From an uncultured Phycisphaerales bacterium (lineage in GTDB: Bacteria; Planctomycetota; Phycisphaerae; Tepidisphaerales; Tepidisphaeraceae): 64,000 bases of DNA. Both the position numbers and the translations under genes were made by a program. Location of the stretch: the NCBI GenBank assembly GCA_963758525.1, contig CAVWVQ010000005.1, forward strand, positions 128,001-192,000, written 5' to 3'. Below the pieces are notes generated by a model. It was not told the DNA's origin. It saw only the letters and a list, made by a program, of their open reading frames with translations, and searched no databases. This document shows, in pieces, positions 1 through 10,510 of this stretch (position 1 is its first letter; every line of letters starts with the position of its first letter).

Positions 1-424
1 TCACCCCGAAATGGAACTCAAACCCCGGCAGGTCGAGCGAGCGGGCGAGATCGCCAATGAGTCGTTGAGCCTCCGCATTGGTAATCCCGCCGGCGGAATG
101 ATCCTTCATGATCCCGTCGACCACGGTCACCAGATTGCAGCGAAAAACCCAGTCGGTGGGAGCCAGCGGGATGTGCTGGGCGGCCGCCTCGAGCGGCGCA
201 CGGCCGGTGTGATAGACCGCGGGGTCGTAGCCCAGCAGGCACATCGTCGCGACATCGCTGCCGCTTTCGAAGCCGTCAGGCACGGTGCGGGCCGTTCCCT
301 GCCGGCCCTCGATGGCGATGCGATCCATATTGGGAGTCGCGGCCGCCTCCAACGGCGTCTTGCCGCCAAGCTCTTTGAGCGGCTCGTCCGCCGCGCCGTC
401 GGGAATGATGATGGCGTATTTCAT
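1..424 (-). CDS. apgM: Cofactor-independent phosphoglycerate mutase (ApgM family), 3' end runs off the window
   Basis: Manual translation MKYAIIIPDGAADEPLKELGGKTPLEAAATPNMDRIA...GSDVATMCLLGYDP...GRAPLEAAA...FRCNLVTV...DHSAG. It is absent from the ORF track because it has no stop in the window. It lies downstream of hom, a common pairing. Confidence 0.9.
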   Translation of the reverse strand, partial: MKYAIIIPDGAADEPLKELGGKTPLEAAATPNMDRIAIEGRQGTARTVPDGFESGSDVATMCLLGYDPAVYHTGRAPLEAAAQHIPLAPTDWVFRCNLVTVVDGIMKDHSAGGITNAEAQRLIGDLARSLDLPGFEFHFGV

Positions 425-434
425 GTTGAACACT

Positions 435-563
435 GGTGATTGGAACGTGGAACGTGACAAGAGGGCCGTTGCGCCGAAATTGCGGAATGTCCGCCAGTTG
501 CCTTTCTCACGTTTTGACGTTTCATGTCTTCACGCCTTTCGTCACGTTCCAATCACCAATCAC
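435..563. repeat. Inverted pair of heptamer-repeat tracts (GGTGATTGGAACGTG / CACGTTCCAATCACC)
   Basis: Read directly in the hom-apgM intergenic region. Confidence 0.6.
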
Positions 564-568
564 CAGTC

Positions 569-1891
569 TCATTTTTCCCCAAATTCCTTCGGTTGTTCGA
601 TCACCCGCAGGCAAGCCGTCGGCGGTTGAATCGTCGGCAGCGCATCAATGGATTTCAGCGCCGCTCGCACGCCGCCTTCGCTGGCGAGGTGCGTGGTGAT
701 CACCACCGGAACGTACTGTGAGTCCTGTGTTTCCCGCTGGAGAATCGCCGACAGGCTGATGCCGTGCTGGCCCAGCGCCTGCGCGACCTGCGCCATGACG
801 CCCGGCACGTCGCGGGCGGTGACCCGCAGGTAATATCGCGATCGTAATTCTTCGATCGGCAGAAGATTGAGCGGCGCCGACGAATCCGGAAATACGCGAA
901 GGCGTTGAAATGCCAGCGGCGTGACGCCCATCGCGACGCCAACCAGGTCCGCGACTACGGCGCTGGCAGTCGGCATCTGCCCCGCGCCCCGGCCGTAGAA
1001 GAGCGCGTGGCCCAGCGCATGGCCGTACACGCTGATGGCGTTGAAGCTGCCGGAGACTTCCGCCAGCACGTCGTTCTTATGCACCAGCGTCGGATGAACG
1101 CGCAGCGCCAGCTTGCCATTGTCCGACCGCTGCGCGATCGCCAGCAGCTTGATGACGTAGCCCAGTTCGTCGGCAAACTGGATATCGATCGGCTCAATCT
1201 TCGAGATGCCTTCCACGTGGATATCCGACTCGGCGATGCGCGCGTTGAACGCGAGCCCTGCGAGCAGGGCCAGTTTTTGCGCCGCGTCCCGACCGGAGAC
1301 GTCGAGCGTCGGATCGGCCTCGGCAAACCCGAGCCGTTGTGCTTCCTCCAGCGCCTGGCTGTACGACCAGCCGTTGCGCGTCATGCGGGTGAGGATGACG
1401 TTGCAGGTGCCGTTGACGATCCCGACCATCGCGTCGATCCGGTTGGCAATGAGCCCGCGGCTCAACGCATCGATGATGGGAATGCCTCCGCCGCAGCTCG
1501 CCTCGAAGGCGATGCACGCCTTGTGCTTGCGGGCCAGCGCGAAGAGTTCGGGGCCGCGCTGGGCAAGAAGACTTTTGTTGGCGGTGACGACGTGCTTGCC
1601 AAGCTTGAGTGCGCGTTCGACGAGTTCCGCCGCGGCGGTGGTCCCGCCGATCAGCTCGATCACCACCTGCGTTTTGGGATCCTCGATCGCCTTGATCGCG
1701 TCGTCGGTGAGCGGCAGATCCGAATGGCGTGCCCGATGCTTGGCCGCGTCGCGCACGACCACATGCCGGAGCTCGAACCGCAGCCCGGTCCGGCGATGCA
1801 GCAATTCCGCCTGCTCGGCAAGAATCTTCACGACGCCCGATCCGACGACGCCGCAGCCCAGAAGACAGATGCCAGTGGTGGTTCCGCTCAC
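569..1891 (-). CDS. hom: Homoserine dehydrogenase with C-terminal ACT domain
   Basis: GCGVVGSG Rossmann motif, VVTANK, FEASCGGGIP, GIVNGT, GFAEADP, GRGAG..PTASAV and ACT-like DVPGVMAQV. Start moved to GTG 1891. Confidence 0.95.
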   Translation of the reverse strand: MSGTTTGICLLGCGVVGSGVVKILAEQAELLHRRTGLRFELRHVVVRDAAKHRARHSDLPLTDDAIKAIEDPKTQVVIELIGGTTAAAELVERALKLGKHVVTANKSLLAQRGPELFALARKHKACIAFEASCGGGIPIIDALSRGLIANRIDAMVGIVNGTCNVILTRMTRNGWSYSQALEEAQRLGFAEADPTLDVSGRDAAQKLALLAGLAFNARIAESDIHVEGISKIEPIDIQFADELGYVIKLLAIAQRSDNGKLALRVHPTLVHKNDVLAEVSGSFNAISVYGHALGHALFYGRGAGQMPTASAVVADLVGVAMGVTPLAFQRLRVFPDSSAPLNLLPIEELRSRYYLRVTARDVPGVMAQVAQALGQHGISLSAILQRETQDSQYVPVVITTHLASEGGVRAALKSIDALPTIQPPTACLRVIEQPKEFGEK

Positions 1892-1988
1892 GCGGGGAAT
1901 GTACGGACGGGGAGCGGGGGGAGCAAGGGAGGGACGTTCGGGAACGGCGTTCGTGAACGCGTCGGAACTCACGGGTCCCAAAGCACCC

Positions 1989-2047
1989 GGATGAGCCGGG
2001 CTGTCCTCAGCCCGAAAAATCGTGGCGGGGGACGCCCCGGCTCATCC
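1989..2047. repeat. REP-like inverted repeat (12-bp arms GGATGAGCCGGG)
   Basis: Arms at 1989-2000 and 2036-2047. Confidence 0.6.
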
Positions 2048-2135
2048 AGGGCTGCGCAGCATACTCGATTCTCCGGACCTCTGGACATCCGAATTCCCTT
2101 TGCCGGCGCACCGCGACCCGGGTAGAATTCAGGCA

Positions 2136-2369
2136 ATGACAATGACCAAAGAGCAGCTCAGATCCGCGGCCTTGCAGCTGGATCCTTCTGATCGTGAAGC
2201 ATTGGCAGAAGAGTTGCTGCTGAGCATTGATGGCGAGCAGAGCTCCGCGATTGATTCGGCGTGGTTGGAGGAAGTGCGTCGTCGGGATGAAGCCTTCATC
2301 GCTGGTCGCACATCCGCCAGACCCGTGGGTGAAGTTATCGAGCGACTCAATTCCAAGGCTCGTCAGTGA
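2136..2369 (+). CDS. Addiction module antitoxin component (TIGR02574-like)
   Basis: AALQL...DREALAEELLLSI...IDSAWLEEVRRR pattern; overlaps the downstream RelE/ParE gene by GTGA. Confidence 0.85.
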   Translation: MTMTKEQLRSAALQLDPSDREALAEELLLSIDGEQSSAIDSAWLEEVRRRDEAFIAGRTSARPVGEVIERLNSKARQ

Positions 2370-2669
2370 CCGCCGCCATTCTCCCGGAGGCTGAAGCAGA
2401 GCTCGAACAGGCGTTTGATTATTATCAGGAAAGGCAAAATGGGCTTGGCACAGATTTAGTCGATGAATTCCGCAGCGCGCTGGATCGAATCCTTGAGAAT
2501 CCGAGTGCTTGGCAGAAGCTGAGCGATGTCTACCGGCGTTACCGACTTCACCGGTTTCCGTATGGAATCGTTTATCGCCAAGCGATCGACACCGCCCGCG
2601 TTCTGATCGTCGCGGTAAATGCACCTCAGCAAAAGGCCCGGATACTGGCGCAGACGGGATCGCGGCTGA
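2366..2669 (+). CDS. RelE/ParE family toxin (one extra A near 2618)
   Basis: PEAEAELEQAFDYY...GLG...RRYRLHRFPYGIVY. Removing one A restores the typical IVAVMHLSKRPGYWRRR tail, ending TGA 2667-2669. Confidence 0.85.
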
Positions 2670-2747
2670 GACAGTGCGGTTTTCCCCTCAGTTCCGCAGC
2701 TTAATCCCGAAGCGCAGCGATACCAGCGTAGTGTCGGGGGACGGGGA

Positions 2748-2836
2748 ACCGAGGGTGCAAGCACCACTCGGCGTTCGGGGATGTTTGTCAGCGCACAGCC
2801 TGAAGGTGAACGCACAGCGGTGCTTGCACCCTCGGT
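2748..2836. repeat. REPIN-like element with 18-bp perfect inverted arms
   Basis: ACCGAGGGTGCAAGCACC at 2748-2765 and its reverse complement at 2819-2836. Confidence 0.7.
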
Positions 2837-2882
2837 CTCCCTCTGGTCCGATCGCGCGTCACAGCTTATAAGCGGGGGCCGA

Positions 2883-5394
2883 TCATGACAGTTGCCACGC
2901 CCTGCGCAGAATCCATTCCGTGGTGAGAAGCACAAGCACCAGCACCCCCTGAATCGGCAAATCCCAGGTCTTCGGCCAAGTCGGATCTTTGCCCAGCAGC
3001 ATCAGGACCGCCCGGGGAAAATCATCGAACGGCAGAAACACCTGCTTGGCGCCGGTGTTGTGACGATCGGTACGGATCAACTCATCGATCAGGCCGGGCA
3101 ACTCGGGCAGATCATATGAAGTGCCGCCGGTGGCGGTGGCGACCGACGCGAGCAACTGCGGGTTCGCGGCGATCTTCAACATCTCCTCGGCTGGCGGGAT
3201 CACGGTGAACTTCAGTTGCTCGTGGCCGAGCGGCTTGCCGTCTTTGCTGGCGGTCAGGTCCATCGTCCACTCGCCTTTGTCGGGATGGGGGATCACCAGC
3301 TCGTACATCCCGGTGTGGGATTGAACCGGATCGAGCGGGAGCGATTGCTCGGGTTTGCCGGGCTGTGAAAGCCTGACGCTGACCTGCGCGTACTGCGTCG
3401 CGTCGCCGCGCTCGTCGCGCACCAGAGCGCGAAGGCGGACGCTTTCGCCCATGTCGTACACGTTTTTGTTGAGCAGGCCTTCGAGGCCGGCGCCGCGCTG
3501 GCGGTTGCGCACGTCCGCGCCCGCGAGCCAGCGGATCAACTGACCCCAAATGCGGTTGTACGGGCTTTCCTGACCGAGGCCGTAGAGCGGGAGAGCCCAC
3601 AGATAGGTCGTGTCGATCGTGAAGGCGGCGGATCGTCCTTTGCCATATCGCTGCACGGCCAGAACGATCTCCGGCTTCCCATCAGGTCCGGCGCGATCGG
3701 GGTGGATTAACAGAACTTCGGCGCCGGTCTTGGCGCCTTGGACGACCACGTTCCCGCGCAGCGGCGGCAGTTCCTTCGCGGGGGTTTTTCCTTCAGAACC
3801 GAAGTAGTCGGTCAGTCCCTGCATCGCGGGATTCACCAAACCTTCGGGCGTCAGCCGGGGGACGAATTGCAGCTTGTCCTGAGGCATGTCGGCGCCGCCG
3901 ACGAGCACGGGCAGCGCACGTTCGATCGGGGTGTTCTGATATTTCCCCGGCCCGAAGCTGTTTTCCCCTCCGATCATCATTATCGCGCCGCCGTCTAGCG
4001 TTCGCTGTTCGATGGCCGCCTGCTGAATCGGCGGGAGAAAGCTGCTGTCGAGATCGCCAAGGAGAACGACGTCGAACTTCTTCCACTCACCGGCGTTACG
4101 CGGCATCTGATGAAACGTCTCGCCGTCAACTGAGCCTGAAGCCGTAAAGCGGTCCCCCTGGATGCGAAGCAGCGTGGCCAGCTCGATGTTGGGATCGCGG
4201 CCCAGCATGCGGTTGAGATCGCGAAATTCCGGGCGGGCACGCCCTTCGATATAGAGCACCTTGATGCGCGGATCGATCGCCAGGCCCTTAAATTCCTGGC
4301 GATTGTCGGCGATGCTGCGCTCGCCGGCGACGGGATCGACCCACACCGCCAGGCGATGCACGCCAACCGTCATCGGCTTGTATGGAAGCGAGACAGTTTG
4401 CCCCTCGGGCGTCGGCTGCAGCACGAGCTTTCGTGAAACCGCAGCGGAGATGGGTTTTCCGCCCGCGTCGACCTCCGCCATCTGCACGTCAATCACTCGG
4501 TTGGGAAGCGCGGTGGACTTGATCGTTGCTTTGACCTGCGACTCATGACCGACAACGAAATCGTCTGAAACATCGATGTCGGTCACCGCAACGTTCGCCA
4601 GATTCGCTGGCTCGGTCTGCTCGGAACCGACGCGCAGCGTATAGACGGGATGCCTCGCTGCGCGAATCGCCTCGACCACATCGGGCGACGTGTTGTCGTT
4701 GCCGTCGCTGATGAGCACGACTGCCGTGTCATCGCGCGTGCTGTAAGACATCGCTTTCAGCACGGCGTTGGCGATATCCGTCGCCTTGCCGTCGGCTCGC
4801 GCCGGCAAGTTCTCTGGGGTCCTTGAGCTCGTCGAGGCCGGTGGAAAAGGTGAAAAATCGCGGCACGAAATGATCGTCAATCCGCGAGAGCTGCGGACTG
4901 AGTGTTTGCCAGACCGACTGAATGCGCGTCGGCCCGTTTTGCGTGTCGGGAAACGACATCGACCCGGAGGTATCGACACAAAATAGCACAGGCCGCTCGG
5001 GGCGCGGCTGTTGCGTGTACCGGCAGCCCGGTTCGAACAGCATCGGCACGGCCGCCGCCAGCGCGGCAACCCGAATCGCCAGAAGCGCGCAGGTTCGTCC
5101 CGCTCCCAGCCGATCCATCAGTTCGAGGTAGAACGTCGCCGCGAGAATCGCCAGGGCGGCAAACGTCCAGAAAAAACCGACGCGCGCCGAATGAATTGCC
5201 GGCACCACGAGCACGACTGCGGTGCCGATCAAGCCGCTGGCTGCCAGACCCAGGGCGATCCACCCGCGGGTTCCCCTTTGCCACAGGGCAGTGAATAACG
5301 CGTATGCTAGCAAGGCGAGGCACGCGGCTCCGCAAACCCAGACCCACAGGTCCCAGTCTGACTGGCGGAGAATGTCGAAAGACCAGTCCTTCAA
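2883..5394 (-). CDS. Membrane protein with vWA domain and class-I GATase-like (DUF1355-type) domain, split by a frameshift near 4800
   Basis: N-terminal TM helices, DTSGSM MIDAS motif, LISDGND, KVLYIEG, FDVVLLGD, GGENSFG, YGKGR and a C-terminal EWILRR. The start is approximate. Confidence 0.8.
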
Positions 5395-5506
5395 CTCGAA
5401 AACCAGAATGACGAACTCCGAAACCAGAATCAATTGATTCTGGAATTCAGTTTCGTCATTTGGATTCATCCCAACCCCTCCCCACGTCCGATAACACTCG
5501 TTAGCC

Positions 5507-8152
5507 ATGCGAGCGCTCGCGGTCTGCATAGTTGTCACGATCCTGTTTCCGCTGCCTGCGATGGCGCAGCCGGCGCAGGTCACGCGCGTTCTCCGCAAGT
5601 TTGACTTTGAAGAACGGCGGCTGGGAAATGACGAAGACCTGCCGATGCACTGGCTCAAGGTCGTGGGGCCTGGATTGCCGCATTACGTCAACGGCCGATT
5701 CAGCACGGATCGCAAACGCGGCGGCAGGTACAGCTTTCGCTTTGATCTCAACGGCGGGAGTCTTATTTACCGTTATCCCGCCGGGCTGATTCGGGTCCAG
5801 CAGGGGGCGCATTATCGCGTTCAGGCGTTCTGCCAAACGACGATTTTGCCCAACGCTCGCGTGCGCATGACAGCCTATCTGACCGATCTCGACGGTCATC
5901 TGCTGCCCGATACCGTGCGACACTCGGAACTGTATGTCTCAACGCAACCGAATGAGCCGTGGCATCCGCTTGAGGTGGAGTTGTCGGCAAGTGACCCGCG
6001 CGTCGGCTATCTCGTTCTCGAACTCGAGCTGCTGCAGCCGGAGTTCTATCTTCAAAGCACGCTCGGGAAGCGCGCACTCTACGTGCAGGACATTGTTGGC
6101 AGTGCCTGGTTTGACGATGTGACCGTGTCGCAGGTTCCGAGGGTGACGCTGTCAACGGATCATCCGGGCAACATTTTCTGCGCTGGTGAGCCCATGCGAT
6201 TGCGCGTCCAGGTCAGCGATCGCTTTACGGAAGATTTGGAGGGCCAGCTCATTGTCACCGATGCGAACGGGTTGACGGTCTATCAGCACAGCGCCGCGCT
6301 GGATTTGCAGGGCGCCGAGCCCGCGGGGCCGGGGGAAGAGCAAATCTCGCTCCATCTGCCGGACCTGCCGGCGGGGTGGTACAAGGCGTCGCTTGAGATC
6401 AGCAGCCAGGGGCAGCCGTTGGGTGAGCATTCGCTGAACGTGGTGCTGCTGGCCGATGGCGGCGGGCGTGCCGCGCCCGATCCGCGTTTCGGAATCGTCG
6501 CCACCAAGCTCCCCTTCGAGGCCTGGTCAGACCTTCCCGGCATTCTTCCCTATCTCGCTGCCGGTCGCGTCAAGCTCGCGGTCTGGAGCGAGCAAAGAGA
6601 CGTCCAGCAGATGGACCCCGAGGCATTCGACCATCTGCTGGAGAATCTTCAGGAGCTTGGCATCACCCCCACGGCCTGCCTGCTGGCGCTGCCGCCTGCA
6701 GTCGCGCATCAGGTGGGTGGCACCAACTGGCAAAGGATCCTGCAGGTTGACGGCGGCAAGTGGCAGCCGCAGCTTTCCCAACTGATCGCCCGCCATGCGA
6801 ATCATCTCGACCGCTGGCAACTCGGCGACGACGGCTCCGACGTCTTCGTGACCGACCCGCAAATGCGGAAAGTGTACGATGCGGTCTACGGGCAGTTTTC
6901 CCAACTGGTGAGCAATCCCGATCTGGCGATGCCGTGGCCGGCATGGTACGAGCTGCAGGGCAAGCTGCCCGCCACCGTCGCGCTCTCCGTCCCCGGTTCG
7001 GTCCTGCCCTCGCAGATCCCGCTGTACATGCAGGATCTTCGCAACGCACGGGAACATAACTTGTCGCTCAGCATCGAGCTTCTTGATGCAGCGCGTTACG
7101 GGCGCGACGTGCAGATTCGCGATCTGGCGCAGCGCGTGATCTATGCGCTCAGCGCCGGCGCGAGCCGGATTGATCTGCCGCTGCCATTTGCGCCAGAGCG
7201 AAATGGGGACGGATTGGCCCAACAGCCGCTGGAACTGTTGATGATCCAGCGCACGCTGACGATGATCCTCAGCGGCGCGACTTTTCAGGGCCGCGTGCCG
7301 CTGGCCGAAGGCGTCGAAGCATTTCTGTTTGACCGCAATGGGCAGGGCGTGCTTGCGCTCTGGGATCACGCCAGCGGCGGAGGCGTTAAATCGCTGGCGC
7401 TCAACCTCGGGGAGAGCGCCTTGCGCGTCGATCTGTGGGGACACGTCTCGCCAATGTTCCAGGTGGCCGGGGTCAGCAGTGACGTTGCAGTGCCGTTGAG
7501 CGTTGGGCCGGATCCGATCTTTCTCGTCGGCATTGATGGGCCGCAGGCTCAATTGCGCACCACCGTCGCGGTCGATCGTCCGCTGCTCGAATCGAGCTTC
7601 GAGCCGCACGAGCGCCGCCTCCGCTTCACCAACACCTATCACCAGCCCATCTCCGGCTCGTTGAAGCTCAAGGCCCCCAAAGGCTGGACGCTCAATCCTC
7701 CGACCTTCCAATTCGCGCTCAACCCCGGCGAAACGTTCGACCACGAATTCACCATTCAGTTCCCCTACAACAGCTTCGCCGGCGCCAAGACCCTGAACTG
7801 CGAGTTCAACCTGGTGGCTGATCGCAACTCATGCTTCGCCGTTCCCGTCCCGCTGCAACTGGGTCTCTCCGACGTAGGCATGCAATCCCTCGCCTTGCGC
7901 GACGGCAGCGATATTGTGGTTCAGCAGATGATCACGAACTACGGCGACCAGCCGATTAACTACAGCGCCTTCGTGGTCTACCCCGGCCAGCCGCGCCAGG
8001 AACGCATCGTATCCAACCTCAGCCCGGGAGGGACGGTTCTGAAGCGGTACCGATTTGCGAACGTCCCGGCAGAGTCGGATCAGAAGGTGCGGGTGGGTCT
8101 GAAGGAGCTTGAAGGGATGCGGATATTGAATGATGAGGTGGAGATTCGATGA
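5507..8152 (+). CDS. Large exported hypothetical protein (CBM-like N-terminus, degenerate glycoside-hydrolase-like core, NEW3-like C-terminus)
   Basis: Signal peptide MRALAVCIVV...AMA, AWFDDVTV CBM-like motif and LKAPKGWTL..F.LNPGE motif; 881-aa uninterrupted ORF. Confidence 0.6.
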   Translation: MRALAVCIVVTILFPLPAMAQPAQVTRVLRKFDFEERRLGNDEDLPMHWLKVVGPGLPHYVNGRFSTDRKRGGRYSFRFDLNGGSLIYRYPAGLIRVQQGAHYRVQAFCQTTILPNARVRMTAYLTDLDGHLLPDTVRHSELYVSTQPNEPWHPLEVELSASDPRVGYLVLELELLQPEFYLQSTLGKRALYVQDIVGSAWFDDVTVSQVPRVTLSTDHPGNIFCAGEPMRLRVQVSDRFTEDLEGQLIVTDANGLTVYQHSAALDLQGAEPAGPGEEQISLHLPDLPAGWYKASLEISSQGQPLGEHSLNVVLLADGGGRAAPDPRFGIVATKLPFEAWSDLPGILPYLAAGRVKLAVWSEQRDVQQMDPEAFDHLLENLQELGITPTACLLALPPAVAHQVGGTNWQRILQVDGGKWQPQLSQLIARHANHLDRWQLGDDGSDVFVTDPQMRKVYDAVYGQFSQLVSNPDLAMPWPAWYELQGKLPATVALSVPGSVLPSQIPLYMQDLRNAREHNLSLSIELLDAARYGRDVQIRDLAQRVIYALSAGASRIDLPLPFAPERNGDGLAQQPLELLMIQRTLTMILSGATFQGRVPLAEGVEAFLFDRNGQGVLALWDHASGGGVKSLALNLGESALRVDLWGHVSPMFQVAGVSSDVAVPLSVGPDPIFLVGIDGPQAQLRTTVAVDRPLLESSFEPHERRLRFTNTYHQPISGSLKLKAPKGWTLNPPTFQFALNPGETFDHEFTIQFPYNSFAGAKTLNCEFNLVADRNSCFAVPVPLQLGLSDVGMQSLALRDGSDIVVQQMITNYGDQPINYSAFVVYPGQPRQERIVSNLSPGGTVLKRYRFANVPAESDQKVRVGLKELEGMRILNDEVEIR

Positions 8153-8153
8153 G

Positions 8154-8181
8154 GAGCCAGGAGCCAGGAGCCAGAAGTCAG
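8154..8181 (+). repeat. Heptamer tandem repeat (GAGCCAG)3-AAGTCAG
   Basis: Read directly; a complementary tract lies at 8590-8619. Confidence 0.8.
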
Positions 8182-8215
8182 AAGAAGCAAGAAATGGCGG
8201 GAAGGAAAAGCATCT

Positions 8216-8574
8216 GTGACGACGAGTCGGACATTTCAGGACTTGCAGGTCTGGCAGAAGGCGCACCGCTGGGTGCTTGACATCTATTTGTTGACAAAAG
8301 GTTTTCCGCGGGAGGAGATGTTCGGGCTGACATCACAGCTTCGACGCGCTGCTGTATCGGTGCCTGCGAACGTTGCGGAGGGCTTCGCGAAGCGGGGACG
8401 CGCGGATAAGGCACGCTTCTTCAACACTGCTCAAGGTTCGCTCGAAGAGTGCCGGTATTATCTGCTGCTCGCACAAGATTTGGACTACGGCACGACCGAG
8501 CAACTGCTCGCAAGCGCCGCGGAGATAAGTCGAATGCTCAGCGCTACGTCCGCGCCGTCCTGTCAAATTCGTAG
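8216..8574 (+). CDS. Four-helix bundle protein (23S rRNA-IVP family), frameshift near the 3' end
   Basis: FQDLQVWQKAH...FPREEMFGLTSQLRRAAVSVPANVAEG...FFNTAQGSLEECRYYL. The corrected frame ends at TAG 8572-8574. Confidence 0.9.
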
Positions 8575-8621
8575 ATCCTTCCTCTGTTGCTGGCTTCTGA
8601 CTCCTGGCTTCTTACTCCTCA

Positions 8622-9715
8622 CTAGAGTATTTCCGTCGCCCGCGGATAGCTTCCCAAAACCGTCAACTGCAAACAGTGCTTCCTTGCCTCGGCAATTGCG
8701 GCGCGCATCTCCGCGTCGTCGGCGTGTCCCTGGGCATCGATGAAGAAATAGTATTCCCAGTTCACCTTCTTGCTCGGACGCTTTTCGATGTCGGTGAGGT
8801 TGATCCCCGTCTCCTTGAAGACATCGAGCACCTCGGCAAGCGCGCCGGGCTTGTGGGCCGTGGTGAACATGATGGCGGTCTTGTCATCGCCCGTCCGGCG
8901 CGCGCCTTCCCGGCCGATGACGAAGAAACGCGTCTCGTTATCCGGATCGTCTTCAATGTTTTCGAACAGAACCCGCAGGCCGTGCAACTGGCCTGCGAGT
9001 CGCGAGCCGATGGCGGCGACGCCGGGGGTCAGCGCGGCCATCTCCGCGGCGGCGCTGCTGCTGGCGGCTGGCTGCACGTCGCGGTCCTTCCCCATCGCGG
9101 CGAGCCATTTGCGGCATTGGCTGAAGATTTCCGGTTTCGAGTGGATGCTGCGAATCTGGTCCCACGGCTCCCGTGCCAGCAGGTAATGGTGAATCGTGAT
9201 CTTCACCTCCGCACAGATCTTCGCCGAGCTGAGCAAAAACGCGTCGAGCGTATCGATCACGCCGCCATGCAGGCTGTTTTCCACCGGCACCAGGCCGTAG
9301 TCGATATGCCCGCGAACGACTTCATCGAACACTGAGGGGATATCAGCCAGTGGAACATGTGTGACGCTCGATCCGAATTTCTGCACGGATGCCGCATGAG
9401 AGAAGGTGCCGCTGGGGCCGAGGAATCCAATCCGCAACGGCTTTTCCAGCGCGAACGAGCCGCTCATCAATTCGCGATAAACGGCTTCCAGACACCGGTC
9501 CGGCAGCGGCCCATGATTCAGGCCGCGCACCTTTTCCAGCACCGTCTTCTCCCGGTCCGGAGAGTAGATCGGCTCATTGTGCTGCTGTTTGATTTTACCG
9601 ATGTCGACGACAACGCGCACCGCGCATTGAGCAGGTCAACAATCTTGCGATCACATTCGTCGATTTGCTTGCGCAGCCCGTCCAGCGATTGCTGCGCGTC
9701 ATCTGATGGAGCCAT
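8622..9715 (-). CDS. pheA: Chorismate mutase/prephenate dehydratase (P-protein), frameshift near 9622
   Basis: LDGLRKQIDECDRKIVDLLNAR (chorismate mutase) in one frame; FLGPSGTFSH, PVENS, NETRF, INLTDIEKRP and LGSYP in the next. Confidence 0.95.
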
Positions 9716-9835
9716 CCGCAATGTTGTATCGCCAGCGGAGCATGAATCCAACCCGCCGCCGTTGTGGCAGGGCGTTCCGCGCGTCCCGCCCATGCGGATT
9801 GCGCGGAACTTCAGAAGAGCGCTCGATATCAAACA

Positions 9836-10273
9836 TCATCCTCGCCCATAGATGTAATCGCTGAGCGAGTGAATCGTCGCTTCCTGGTGGCTCGCGTGGT
9901 GCGCGTTGAGGTCGCCGATCGAGATCAGTCCGACCAGCCGGCCTTGGTTATTGCAAATTGGCAGGTGGCGAATGCGACGATTTTTCATGATCGCGCCTAC
10001 TTCATCCAGATCCGCATCCGGAGCGCAACAGACCACATCGGACGTCATCACATCGCGCACCAGAATCTCATCGGGCCTGCGCGGATCCGTCACGACGCGC
10101 CGGAGCACGTCGCGCTCGGTGAACATCCCGACGATCCGTTCTTCGTCCATCACCACCAGCGCGCCGATCTTGTATTGGTTCATCCGGTTGATCGCCTCCA
10201 GCGCCGAAAGCGAGGCCTCGATTGTCTGCACCTGCCCGTCCTTGTCGCGCAGAACATCGTAAACGCTTGGCAT
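9836..10273 (-). CDS. CBS domain-pair protein
   Basis: IGALVV...VGMFTERD...VRDVMT...RIRHLP...VGLISIGDL. Confidence 0.9.
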   Translation of the reverse strand: MPSVYDVLRDKDGQVQTIEASLSALEAINRMNQYKIGALVVMDEERIVGMFTERDVLRRVVTDPRRPDEILVRDVMTSDVVCCAPDADLDEVGAIMKNRRIRHLPICNNQGRLVGLISIGDLNAHHASHQEATIHSLSDYIYGRG

Positions 10274-10349
10274 GCCCGGCTCCTTTCGTATAGGTGTAAT
10301 CCTTCGCCGCCACGGCAGAGCGCGAGGCGACACTCTCACCCTACACAAG

Positions 10350-10363
10350 GTGATACATGTCAA
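10350..10363 (-). promoter_or_regulatory. Candidate FNR/CRP-family box upstream of the CBS gene
   Basis: TTGAC-ATGT-ATCAC, against the FNR consensus TTGAT-N4-ATCAA. Confidence 0.35.
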
Positions 10364-10413
10364 GCAACATTGTGAAATAAATATCGAGCGAATCGAAGCG
10401 TGATATCCCATTC

Positions 10414-10439
10414 GTAGCCCCGGATGTACATCCAGGGCT
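10414..10439 (+). repeat. GTAG-type REP palindrome (family A)
   Basis: GTAGCCCCGGATGTACATCCAGGGCT; further copies at 22799-22824 and 38782-38807. Confidence 0.75.
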
Positions 10440-10510
10440 CTTTACGCGGGATCGCTATGCTCGAATGAGTCCCGGACGAGACGCGGAACGACGCGCCTTT
10501 CGCAGCGAAA

